Source: Eledone cirrhosa
Lineage: Eukaryota
Direction: 5' to 3'
Length of the DNA stretch: 64,000 nt
Assembly (NCBI GenBank): GCA_964016885.1
Contig: OZ024743.1
Coordinates: 16,430,001-16,494,000 of the forward strand
Shown: positions 40,248 to 53,789 of the stretch, piece after piece
Layout of the letters: every line of letters starts with the position of its first letter
Numbering within the stretch: the stretch's first letter is position 1
The notes under the pieces: model-generated
Seen by the model: only the letters and a program-made list of their open reading frames with translations
What the model was told of the DNA's origin: nothing
The model's database searches: none
Program-made: the position numbers and the translations under genes

Positions 40248-40374
40248 CTCACTGATGAATTATAGGAGCCCACTTGAATATATATCTATTGATGGTATAC
40301 AAGCTCCTACATAAATTGGTATAATTTCACCCAAATTGTAGGAATCCTATAATGAAACGAGATGTCCGTCTGGG
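40248..40374 (+). ncRNA. Type I hammerhead candidate with large stem II insert, in a ~340-bp island between microsatellites
   Basis: ctca CTGATGA attatagga..tcctataat GAAA cg..cg TC tggg; 9-bp stem II base, GUC site after 40370. Confidence 0.6.
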
Positions 40375-40545
40375 AAGAGATATATTAGATATGTTTCATT
40401 TTAAATAATACACCCAATTTTCGACGCAATACAATTTAGTTAGCACCCCGAATACATAATTGGGAATATAATCAGTTATTTCCTAATGTTGTTGATTGTG
40501 TTGGCATTTGGCCGGATTATCGCTAAAAAGCTTTCTCCGATATTG

Positions 40546-40704
<159 letters not shown>

Positions 40705-40807
40705 TGTGTATATATATACTGTATATATATATAATAAATTTAATCTGAGTTTCAGATTACATTTATTGTATTCAGCAATGTAGTCCTAGATTTTATATAT
40801 ATATAAG

Positions 40808-40881
<74 letters not shown>

Positions 40882-41458
40882 TTGTAATATAATGAAACGA
40901 AATTTCATTTCTCACTCTTAGTACGGCACTTACTTAAATGTAAGTATGTATGTATACGTACATACATATATGTATACAGACGTACAGTAGCATGCATATA
41001 TATATATATATATATACATATATACATACAGGTACACATATATATATGTACGTATCAGTTTAGCGAACGTTTATTATACCGCCCGCTTTGTTCGTTTGTA
41101 AACAAGCGAACAGCCTGATTTATGCCATACGGTGTTAAGGCAACCACGTCACCTTTTTGTTCAACATTGACACAAGAACGATGTACTAGTTTCAAGCTTG
41201 TTAGCTATCATCAGCACCGTATACCCTTCTGCCAGATAGTTGAACGCTCGAAAGTATATACTTTCCTTATGAAAATTAACGGCTGAGCAGCCTAATTTGC
41301 ATATCGAGTGAGTTAAGTCGGCCAGGCGTACCGAAAACGATAAGTTGTAATATAATGAAACGAAATTTCATTTCTCACTCTTATAACGGCACTTACTTAA
41401 ATATAAGTATGTATGTATACGTACATACATATATGTATACAGACGTACAGTAGCATGC

Positions 41459-41489
<31 letters not shown>

Positions 41490-42380
41490 TACATACAGGT
41501 ACACATATATACATGTACGTATCAGTTTTACGAACGTTTATTATAACGCCCGCTTTGTTCGTTTGTAAACAAGCGAACAGCCTGATTTATACCATACGGT
41601 GTTAAGGCAACCACGTCACCTTTTTGTTCAACACTGACACACGAAGGATGTACAAGTTTCAAGCTTGTTAGCTATCATCAGCACCGTATACCCTTCTGCC
41701 AGATAGTTGAACGTTCGAAAGTATATTCTTTCCTTATGAAAATTAACGGCTGAGCAGCCTAATTTGCATATCGAGTGAGTTAAGTCGGCCAGGCGTACCG
41801 AAAACGATAAGTTGAAATATAATGAAACGAAATTTCATTTCTCACTCTTAGACGGCACTTACTTAAATGTAAGTATGTATGTATACGTACATACATATAT
41901 GTATACAGACGTACAGTAGCATGCATATATATATATATATACATATATACATACAGGTACACATATATATATGTACGTATCAGTTTAGCGAACGTTTATT
42001 ATAACGCCCGCTTTGTTGGTTTGTAACCAAGCGAACAGCCTGATTTATGCCATACGGTGTTAAGGCAACCACGTCACCTTTTTGTTCAACACTGACACAA
42101 GAACGATGTACTAGTTTCAAGCTTGTTAGCTATCATCAGCACCGTTTACCCTTCTGCCAGATAGTTGAACGTTCGAAAGTATATACTTTCCTTATGAAAA
42201 TTAACGGCTGAGCAGCCTAATTTGCATATCGAGTGAGTTAAGTCGGCCAGGCGTACCGAAAACGATAAGTTGTAATATAATGAAACGAAATTTCATTTCT
42301 CACTCTTAGTACGGCACTTACTTAAATGTAAGTATGTATGTATACGTACATACATATATGTATACAGACGTACAGTAGCA

Positions 42381-42418
<38 letters not shown>

Positions 42419-42869
42419 CATATATACATACAGGTACACATACATATATGTACGTATGAAACAAAATTATAAGTAAGTGCCGTAAAGAGTGAGAAATGAA
42501 ATTTCGTTTCATTATATTACAACTTATCATTTTCGGTACGCCTGGCCGACTTAACTCACTCGATATGCAAATTAGGCTGCTCAGCCGTTAATTTTCATAA
42601 GGAAAGTATATACTTTCGAACGTTCAACTATCTGGCAGAAGGGTATACGGGGCTGATGATAGCTAACAAGCTTGAAACTAGTACATCGTTCCTGTGTCAG
42701 TGTTGAACAAAAAGGTGACGTGGTTGACTTAACACCGTATGGCATAAATCAGGCTGTTCGTTTGTTTACAAACGAACAAAGCGGGCGTTATAATAAACGT
42801 TCGCTAAACTGATACGTACATATATATATATGTGTACCTGTATGTATATATGTATATATATATATATAT

Positions 42870-45800
42870 ATGTAAGTATGCATGTATACGTACATACATA
42901 TATGTATACAGACGTACAGTAGCATGCACATATATATATATATATACATATATACATACATATGCATACAGGTACACATACATATATGCACGTATCAGTT
43001 TAGCGGCGCTAACGTCGCTTTGTTCGTTTGTAAACAAACTGAACAGCCTGAATTTATGCCATACGGTGTTAAGGCAACCACGTCACCTTTTTGTTCAACA
43101 CTGACACAGGAACGATGTACTAGTTTCAAGCTTGTTAGCTATCATCAGCACCGTTTACCCATCTGCCAGATAGTTGAACGTTCGAAAGTATATACTTTCC
43201 TTATGAAAATTAACGGCTGAGCAGCCTAATTTGCATATTGAGTGAGTTAAATCGGTCAGGCATACCGAAAACGATAAATTGAAACAAAATGAAAACGAAA
43301 TTTCATTTCTCACTCTTAGTATGGCACTTACTTAAATGTAAGTATGCATGTATACGTACATACATATATGTATACAGACGTACAGTAGCATGCACATATA
43401 TATATATATATACATATATACATACATATGCATACAGGTACACATACATATATGCACGTATCAGTTTAGCGGCGCTAACGTCGCTTTGTTCGTTTGTAAA
43501 CAAACTGAACAGCCTGAATTTATGCCATACGGTGTTAAGGCAACCACGTCACCTTTTTGTTCAACACTGACACAGGAACGATGTACTAGTTTCAAGCTTG
43601 TTAGCTATCATCAGCACCGTTTACCCATCTGCCAGATAGTTGAACGTTCGAAAGTATATACTTTCCTTATGAAAATTAACGGCTGAGCAGCCTAATTTGC
43701 ATATTGAGTGAGTTAAATCGGTCAGGCATACCGAAAACGATAAATTGAAACAAAATGAAAACGAAATTTCATTTCTCACTCTTAGTATGGCACTTACTTA
43801 AATGTAAGTATGCATGTATACGTACATACATATATGTATACAGACGTACAGTAGCATGCACATATATATATATATATACATATATACATACATATGCATA
43901 CAGGTACACATACATATATGCACGTATCAGTTTAGCGGCGCTAACGTCGCTTTGTTCGTTTGTAAACAAACTGAACAGCCTGAATTTATGCCATACGGTG
44001 TTAAGGCAACCACGTCACCTTTTTGTTCAACACTGACACAGGAACGATGTACTAGTTTCAAGCTTGTTAGCTATCATCAGCACCGTTTACCCATCTGCCA
44101 GATAGTTGAACGTTCGAAAGTATATACTTTCCTTATGAAAATTAACGGCTGAGCAGCCTAATTTGCATATTGAGTGAGTTAAATCGGTCAGGCATACCGA
44201 AAACGATAAATTGAAACAAAATGAAAACGAAATTTCATTTCTCACTCTTAGTATGGCACTTACTTAAATGTAAGTATGCATGTATACGTACATACATATA
44301 TGTATACAGACGTACAGTAGCATGCACATATATATATATATATACATATATACATACATATGCATACAGGTACACATACATATATGCACGTATCAGTTTA
44401 GCGGCGCTAACGTCGCTTTGTTCGTTTGTAAACAAACTGAACAGCCTGAATTTATGCCATACGGTGTTAAGGCAACCACGTCACCTTTTTGTTCAACACT
44501 GACACAGGAACGATGTACTAGTTTCAAGCTTGTTAGCTATCATCAGCACCGTTTACCCATCTGCCAGATAGTTGAACGTTCGAAAGTATATACTTTCCTT
44601 ATGAAAATTAACGGCTGAGCAGCCTAATTTGCATATTGAGTGAGTTAAATCGGTCAGGCATACCGAAAACGATAAATTGAAACAAAATGAAAACGTCTGT
44701 ATACATATATGTATGTACGTATACATGCATACTTACATTTAAGTAAGTGCCATACTAAGAGTGAGAAATGAAATTTCGTTTTCATTTTGTTTCAATTTAT
44801 CGTTTTCGGTATGCCTGACCGATTTAACTCACTCAATATGCAAATTAGGCTGCTCAGCCGTTAATTTTCATAAGGAAAGTATATACTTTCGAACGTTCAA
44901 CTATCTGGCAGATGGGTAAACGGTGCTGATGATAGCTAACAAGCTTGAAACTAGTACATCGTTCCTGTGTCAGTGTTGAACAAAAAGGTGACGTGGTTGC
45001 CTTAACACCGTATGGCATAAATTCAGGCTGTTCAGTTTGTTTACAAACGAACAAAGCGACGTTAGCGCCGCTAAACTGATACGTGCATATATGTATGTGT
45101 ACCTGTATGCATATGTATGTATATATGTATATATATATATATATGTGCATGCTACTGTACGTCTGTATACATATATGTATGTACGTATACATGCATACTT
45201 ACATTTAAGTAAGTGCCATACTAAGAGTGAGAAATGAAATTTCGTTTTCATTTTGTTTCAATTTATCGTTTTCGGTATGCCTGACCGATTTAACTCACTC
45301 AATATGCAAATTAGGCTGCTCAGCCGTTAATTTTCATAAGGAAAGTATATACTTTCGAACGTTCAACTATCTGGCAGATGGGTAAACGGTGCTGATGATA
45401 GCTAACAAGCTTGAAACTAGTACATCGTTCCTGTGTCAGTGTTGAACAAAAAGGTGACGTGGTTGCCTTAACACCGTATGGCATAAATTCAGGCTGTTCA
45501 GTTTGTTTACAAACGAACAAAGCGACGTTAGCGCCGCTAAACTGATACGTGCATATATGTATGTGTACCTGTATGCATATGTATGTATATATGTATATAT
45601 ATATATATATGTGCATGCTACTGTACGTCTGTATACATATATGTATGTACGTATACATGCATACTTACATTTAAGTAAGTGCCATACTAAGAGTGAGAAA
45701 TGAAATTTCGTTTTCATTTTGTTTCAATTTATCGTTTTCGGTATGCCTGACCGATTTAACTCACTCAATATGCAAATTAGGCTGCTCAGCCGTTAATTTT

Positions 45801-47592
45801 CATAAGGAAAGTATATACTTTCGAACGTTCAACTATCTGGCAGATGGGTAAACGGTGCTGATGATAGCTAACAAGCTTGAAACTAGTACATCGTTCCTGT
45901 GTCAGTGTTGAACAAAAAGGTGACGTGGTTGCCTTAACACCGTATGGCATAAATTCAGGCTGTTCAGTTTGTTTACAAACGAACAAAGCGACGTTAGCGC
46001 CGCTAAACTGATACGTGCATATATGTATGTGTACCTGTATGCATATGTATGTATATATGTATATATATATATATATGTGCATGCTACTGTACGTCTGTAT
46101 ACATATATGTATGTACGTATACATGCATACTTACATTTAAGTAAGTGCCATACTAAGAGTGAGAAATGAAATTTCGTTTTCATTTTGTTTCAATTTATCG
46201 TTTTCGGTATGCCTGACCGATTTAACTCACTCAATATGCAAATTAGGCTGCTCAGCCGTTAATTTTCATAAGGAAAGTATATACTTTCGAACGTTCAACT
46301 ATCTGGCAGATGGGTAAACGGTGCTGATGATAGCTAACAAGCTTGAAACTAGTACATCGTTCCTGTGTCAGTGTTGAACAAAAAGGTGACGTGGTTGCCT
46401 TAACACCGTATGGCATAAATTCAGGCTGTTCAGTTTGTTTACAAACGAACAAAGCGACGTTAGCGCCGCTAAACTGATACGTGCATATATGTATGTGTAC
46501 CTGTATGCATATGTATGTATATATGTATATATATATATATATGTGCATGCTACTGTACGTCTGTATACATATATGTATGTACGTATACATGCATACTTAC
46601 ATTTAAGTAAGTGCCATACTAAGAGTGAGAAATGAAATTTCGTTTTCATTTTGTTTCAATTTATCGTTTTCGGTATGCCTGACCGATTTAACTCACTCAA
46701 TATGCAAATTAGGCTGCTCAGCCGTTAATTTTCATAAGGAAAGTATATACTTTCGAACGTTCAACTATCTGGCAGATGGGTAAACGGTGCTGATGATAGC
46801 TAACAAGCTTGAAACTAGTACATCGTTCCTGTGTCAGTGTTGAACAAAAAGGTGACGTGGTTGCCTTAACACCGTATGGCATAAATTCAGGCTGTTCAGT
46901 TTGTTTACAAACGAACAAAGCGACGTTAGCGCCGCTAAACTGATACGTGCATATATGTATGTGTACCTGTATGCATATGTATGTATATATGTATATATAT
47001 ATATATATATGTGCATGCTACTGTACGTCTGTATACATATATGTATGTACGTATACATGCATACTTACATTTAAGTAAGTGCCATACTAAGAGTGAGAAA
47101 TGAAATTTCGTTTTCATTTTGTTTCAATTTATCGTTTTCGGTATGCCTGACCGATTTAACTCACTCAATATGCAAATTAGGCTGCTCAGCCGTTAATTTT
47201 CATAAGGAAAGTATATACTTTCGAACGTTCAACTATCTGGCAGATGGGTAAACGGTGCTGATGATAGCTAACAAGCTTGAAACTAGTACATCGTTCCTGT
47301 GTCAGTGTTGAACAAAAAGGTGACGTGGTTGCCTTAACACCGTATGGCATAAATTCAGGCTGTTCAGTTTGTTTACAAACGAACAAAGCGACGTTAGCGC
47401 CGCTAAACTGATACGTGCATATATGTATGTGTACCTGTATGCATATGTATGTATATATGTATATATATATATATATGTGCATGCTACTGTACGTCTGTAT
47501 ACATATATGTATGTACGTATACATGCATACTTACATTTAAGTAAGTGCCATACTAAGAGTGAGAAATGAAATTTCGTTTTCATTTTGTTTCA

Positions 47593-47596
<4 letters not shown>
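42870..47596. repeat. Near-identical 466-bp units: ~3.9 copies then ~6.2 inverted copies (switch at ~44694)
   Basis: ORF track repeats with a 466-bp period; one unit is 468 bp (extra TA). Confidence 0.97.
44919..44963 (+). ncRNA. Minimal type I hammerhead (representative; also starting 45385, 45851, 46317, 46783, 47251)
   Basis: aacggtg CTGATGA t agct aaca agct t GAAA c ta g TA catcgtt; outer stems ctggca/tgtcag and gttcaac/gttgaac. Confidence 0.85.
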
Positions 47597-47635
<39 letters not shown>

Positions 47636-48068
47636 TGCTACTGTACGTCTGTATACATATATGTATGTACGTATACATACATACTTACATTTAAGTAAGT
47701 GCCGTACTAAGAGTGAGAAATGAAATTTCGTTTCATTATATTACAACTTATCGTTTTCGGTACGCCTGGCCGACTTAACTCACTCGATATGCAAATTAGG
47801 CTGCTCAGCCGTTAATTTTCATAAGGAAAGTATATACTTTCGAACGTTCAACTATCTGGCAGAAGGGTATACGGTGCTGATGATAACTAACAAGCTTGAA
47901 ACTAGTACATCGTTCCTGTGTCAGTGTTGAACAAAAAGGTGACGTGGTTGCCTTAACACCGTATGGCATAAATCAGGTTGTTAGCTTGTTTACAAACGAA
48001 CAAAGCGGGCGTTATAATAAACGTTCGCTAAACTGATACGTACATATATATATGTGTACCTGTATGTA

Positions 48069-48106
<38 letters not shown>

Positions 48107-48154
48107 TGCTACTGTACGTCTGTATACATATATGTATGTACGTATTCATACATA

Positions 48155-48200
<46 letters not shown>

Positions 48201-48319
48201 TGCAATAGCTATTCTCAATTTACTACATACGTAGTGAATGGAGAATAGATATTACACAATTATGGTGCAAATTCTATATAATTAAACTAAGTTTAATGAT
48301 TCGTTCTCTTTCGTGAATC

Positions 48320-48600
48320 AGGTACTGGGAAGATGTGAGGATGAGGGTGTCGTCCACGTACCTTGAGAAAAAGGCGACGGCGTTGGGGTGGCATGTGTTG
48401 AGTGCCTCGCGCTCGAGGCTGTCCACGTATGAGATCGCTAGTGCACCCGACAGGCTTGAGCCCATGAGCAGCCCCGAGGTTTACCGGTATGTTTGGTCGA
48501 GAAAACCGAAATACGTGTTGTCAACGTCGACGGATAGGAGCTGATGGATGTCAATGGGTGTTAGCCCGAAGCAGTTTAGGTCGGATGTAAAGAGCGACCA
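48320..48600 (-). pseudogene. GC-rich Penelope-like RT core fragment of another clade
   Basis: NTYFGF..YR*TSGLLMGSSLSGALAISYVDSLE..FSRYVDDTL; internally deleted, between microsatellites. Confidence 0.7.
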
Positions 48601-48611
48601 CATATATATAT

Positions 48612-48678
48612 ATAAACATACATATATTCATATATATCTCTCTATTTATCTATCTATCTATCTATGTATCTATATATC

Positions 48679-48730
<52 letters not shown>

Positions 48731-48866
48731 AGTGAGCGTGTGTATAATAAAAATAAGGAGTAGGAATATGGTATTCGAATAGTCTCAACATCATATATAT
48801 AGTAAGTTTTCGTTGAATCGATGCAAGTAGATTCTATACACAGCTAATTTGGCACGTCAGTTTTTC
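48612..48866. repeat. Right arm of inverted duplication (partner 26395-26707)
   Basis: Reverse-complement match. Confidence 0.85.
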
Positions 48867-50703
48867 GTTTCAGTAGCACCAAGTTATCACTGATGCGTCT
48901 TTCATGAAAATTAATTGATTCTTTTGAATCAAAGTATATAATGACTACCATTTTTCTACTCCATTAAAACTACTTCCAACTTGACCTCACTTCTTTTCAA
49001 TATTTCATTTTTGTTGTCATTTTTTTCTTCTGTATACTTGCACTGCATAATATCAGTACCCTTCAGGAATGATGTAATTATCATATAGATTTCATATCTC
49101 GGTTAATTCCATTACACTTAACTCGCATCTAATATAATTCTCTCTATTCGTAAATGTTCTTGTTGTTGACAATTTCGCTATTTCTGATTCTGTTACCATT
49201 ATATGATTTAATATTCGGTTTAGGTCTGACGAATCAGACATAAAATTAAAGGCCCTCTAGCTATTACATTTGAGCATATATTCAAACGTTTCTAATATAA
49301 CAGTTGCTCGACATGTTGGAGGGGTGAACATAACCTTAGAGGAACTGCGTGTGGCCTTTAGTCAAGCTTTTTAGTTGAGACATTTACTTTATTGACGTGG
49401 TCAAAATTCCTTTCGCTTCAGATTCGATAAGATACGAAGCTGATGTCACGTAGCATTTGAATTAATAGTCCGTCCGACAAGATGCCTGTGGCAACTTCTC
49501 TCTTTCTTTCTATATTAAGTTGAAATCTTATTGTAATATTCCTGAATTGTAGACCGAAACCGTCATAATGTTAACAGCAGCGTCTTGTCTTTCGGTGTTT
49601 TATGATTAAACGGTTGGCCCTCCTGTACTAAATGTTATATCAATGTATTCTACGCATTTATAAAGTATATTCATAGCAAATGTTTTAAAAAACAATGTCA
49701 TTTTTAAAGTTTCTTTTCTTATTTTGCTGGAATGACGTAAATAAAATATGGAGAGACACATTCGTTTGACGGTTTATTATACTCTACCCTAAAATCCTAT
49801 TATTCTCAATAAAGGTGAATAACATACGGACTTTCATTTGTATCAGTTGCGGCTTCTATTCCGTCTTTGTGATACTAGGTCTATTTCACGTTCCTGTTAA
49901 TATATTATGTTAAATATGTACACTGTTAATTAGCGCAGAAATCAAAATACAATATCTCCTATAAAGAAACGATTGTAAAAACATTACATTTTCTAATTAT
50001 CGTATTGTAAAATTAGAATCGGACATTCATTCTCATCTCTTTGATTATTAAAACTGCAATTTGACTTTGGATGAATAACTGAGATGTCATGTGTTCGAGA
50101 GAACCTTGCCAGTGATTATGTAGCTTTCCATTGAAAACACCCCCCCCTGCACAAATGTTCATTGTAGATGTTAAGATTTCAATAATGTAGATTCATATTA
50201 TGTATCTGATGTATCTGTGTCATGAAATTACTAGGAAGCAAATTATACATTACTTAACTTAAATAGCTTACCAATATAGTTTCTGTAACAAAATTACATT
50301 CCCCCGAAGAATCGACTGTGATTGGTATACATTTGAAGAAATATATAGATTTCCTAAATATACAGCTCTTTAGAGACAGTGTTTGGTTAGCTAACGTAGG
50401 TGTTAACAGCTGTCAATAGTCGTCAGTGGAGTGGCATTTCTGAACATTATGACTTACTTATAGAATTGAAAATATAATCCCTCAAATGAAACTAATTCGT
50501 CATTGCGGTTTGGATTCTGATTTGCTAGTCACTCATGCAATTGTAGTCTGCAATATTTATACGTTTTTATTAAGAGACATTGTGCATAGTAAACATATTT
50601 CATTATAGACTGACGCACGATCAAATAATTTTCAGCCGTATGTTCTCAAATGAACTTTGCTTTCGATAGATCAGAACACATATAATTAACTATTATTACT
50701 AAT

Positions 50704-50816
50704 AGTTCAAATCCCGCCGAGGTTAACTTTGCCTTTCATCCTTACGGGGTCGATAACATAAAGTACCAGTAATGCACTGAGTAATTGCTGACCTTGTGCC
50801 TAAAGTAGAAACAATT
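50704..50816 (+). mobile_element. SINE family A, 5'-truncated
   Basis: agttcaaatcccgccgaggttaactttgcctttcatcc...tagaaacaatt. Confidence 0.85.
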
Positions 50817-52223
50817 ATTACTAAGTGAATCGGTTCAAACAACTCATTCGCGACTGAACATCATTTTGGATATATATATTATTCCATCCAAAAGTATTAC
50901 GTTTTTTAGCCTTATGCAAGATCAAAGATAATTAAATATGTCTTTCCTTGATTAATTTTAAGAGGATTTGATTGCTAGTTCTACCAGGTAGATCGAGCGC
51001 CCTCTGTTTATATATTACAATGATTTCAGTTGTAGACAGATTTTTATGCGTTTTACGCAGGATATTTTAACTGCCATTTTACTACAAACATTGTTCGTTT
51101 CCACATATGTCTATTTTAAAGTTCTGTATGGAATAATGTGTTAACTAAGTATATCAATAATTATTCTAAATCTTTACTTGGCCCTTTCGTTAGAAGACCC
51201 AGCATATTCAATTATTCTATAATCTATGACTCTATAAATGTTGAAACACGTTTTATTTTCTTTGTTTTTTAGGTGGTGAGTTAGTTGTACAGATGAAAGT
51301 ATTTTCATCCATGCTATTAGGTAATAAAGCTTTCATCATCTTGAATGTTATTTCGGTTTTCATGTCTATATTGTGGTTTATGATTTTTTATACCAACAAC
51401 CAAAAACAATAATTTTTAGTGTAAAATTAATACATCCATATATATCTATTTCTTAATAATTATTTCATTCCCGGATGTTATTTCCGTTTGCTTTTCCTTT
51501 TCTTACTTGTGGTCGATATAATCGACTTTCCTCTACCACAATTGTTAATCATGTGACGTAATTAGAGATCATTATCATTTCACTACAAAGATGTAATTAG
51601 AGGATTATGATTATCTGACTCCGAAATTTGACTTATCATATCGTACATTGAGTTAAATTTTCGAACAATTTATCATGCCTTTATTTATAGCAGGTTTCTT
51701 ATATTCAGGTATTTAACATTCAGAATCTGAACAAAATAATTCTAATTTGAAAGAAACAAACGTGTATGTTTTGTTGGTAAATCAAACTTTCATTGCCAGT
51801 GACAGAAGCCGCTTATTTGTAAACGTGAATGCATTTGATGTGCATAAATATGCTTCATTTACATTGTAATAAGTTACATTCTTTTACAGTTTCTCAATAT
51901 TAAAATGTTTCGGTGTCAACTTATTACTTATGAAAATATAATTACATATTAAAACATAATACAATATTCTAACATGTGAACAAAAATCTACTTTAGATGT
52001 AAATCATTAATCTTTAATATCATGATTGAAAAAACATTTTCAAATACGAATAATGCACAAATATGTTTTAGAATGTTGTTAAATGTTCTCTGGATAGATC
52101 ATTTACAATCACATTTAAGTATTTTGCCCTGCATTTTAAACAGATTATTTATGTGCATGTCGATAGATGCTTACTCAAATAGAATTCTTATATACCCTTA
52201 TAGTTTCTAGTTGTCAAATCTCT

Positions 52224-52366
<143 letters not shown>

Positions 52367-53789
52367 ATTTGAAAATGTTTAAATCCAAACACGGAATTAC
52401 TACAATGATGCTATCTTTAGAAAATCGAGTAAAATATCCTTAGGGACAAAACCTATATGGCCACAAGACACTACAGATACTCGAACATTATATCTCTTGA
52501 GTTCCGGTGAAGCTCGTTATTTACTACGCGACATGGTAGCTGATAACAATTATCCTTTAAATTAGGAAATATATATAATAGTTTAAGAGTTTAAACCCGG
52601 TAGTAAACAAATATTTTATGTATGGAGGTATTTGGATAATTTCAAATTTCACTTCTACAATCAATGATGCTTTTTTCCTTGCGTTACCACTTACATAATT
52701 TACATCATAGTGTCCCTTGCTTCATTTCAGTTGTAAAACATTGTCTAATTGTTTGTGCACTTCACTGTTTTATTTTAAAAGCACTATAGTTTAATTTTTT
52801 GCCTGTTTCTTTGTTATTATATCGTTACAGATGCACCTATTTAGCAGCATGTTCTTTCAAACCTGCTTGTAATTTGCGAACAACAATTATTCAACTTAAT
52901 CATTTTACAGAAAAAATATATTTTGCAGGTCTTGACGATGCAGAATGTATGATATTGTGTTATTTCTACCAACTTCTCCATACTTATATTCTCCAAGTTT
53001 TAAATATACACATATATATATAAATGTGTGTGTGTCTGTGTGCGTTTGTGTGTGTATGTGTGTGTATATGTGCGCGTGTGTGTGTATGTGTGTGCATGTA
53101 AATATATATATTTATACTCAAACATATGTACAATTTGTTTTAATGTTACATCTGAGAATGTAGCATCGTCTCATCCATGGATTGTACGCTTTGCGTTTTG
53201 CCTTTTGTGGTTTTTCTTTTATTTTCTGATATAATGTCTGTCCGTTTCTATTGTAGCACACAATTCCTATCTTCTGTAAAATATTTCAGTTACTTTATAA
53301 GATTTTCCTAACCCTTTGTCTTGTTCAATCTTCTTGCATGAATATTGCTTTCTTTACACAATGTGTCAAATTCCATTGTAGCACGTTTCGTAATTTATTA
53401 TTGCTACTTAATTACTAAATTTGTTTTATGTATCTTTCTACTTTCTACATTTTCCCCACTAAAAACATACTCTTCTTTTATGGGGACAATTGAAATTAGT
53501 TTAAACAGTTGTATATCTTTCTCAGAATATTTAAGCTTATTTAATTTCTTGCATATTTTCTCAAACATTTTAATGATTCTCGTTTTACTCTCCTATTTGA
53601 TTAATCTCTTTTCCTATTTTTTGTTTCACATGTCTGATACTTAATTTAAACTTCCTATAAAGAATTGCTATTTTGTAGTTGATAATCAATGTTATTATTT
53701 TTTTTTTTGTTTGGCGATTTATTATAATATTGCAGTACATTTTGAAGATTTGTGAGAGGCAGTTTTTAATATAGATTATTTTGCTTTAT

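Larger units (their letters stand above)
40878..48160. repeat. Composite array of ~466-bp HHR units: older variant (40878-42870 and 47597-48160) interrupted by a younger variant
   Basis: Older variant flips orientation at ~42460; markers gtcggccaggcgtacc (old) vs atcggtcaggcatacc (young); about 15 HHR motifs (7 minus, 8 plus), a few mutated. Confidence 0.95.

Noticed and set aside
42832-47583. Repeated 112/93/66-aa ORFs
   Set aside because: Low-complexity translations of TA/CA-rich repeat units, broken by a 2-bp TA change in one unit and absent in the older variant.
49530-49575. CTGAATT..GAAACCGTC motif
   Set aside because: Core box and stem II do not form; at best a heavily decayed relic.
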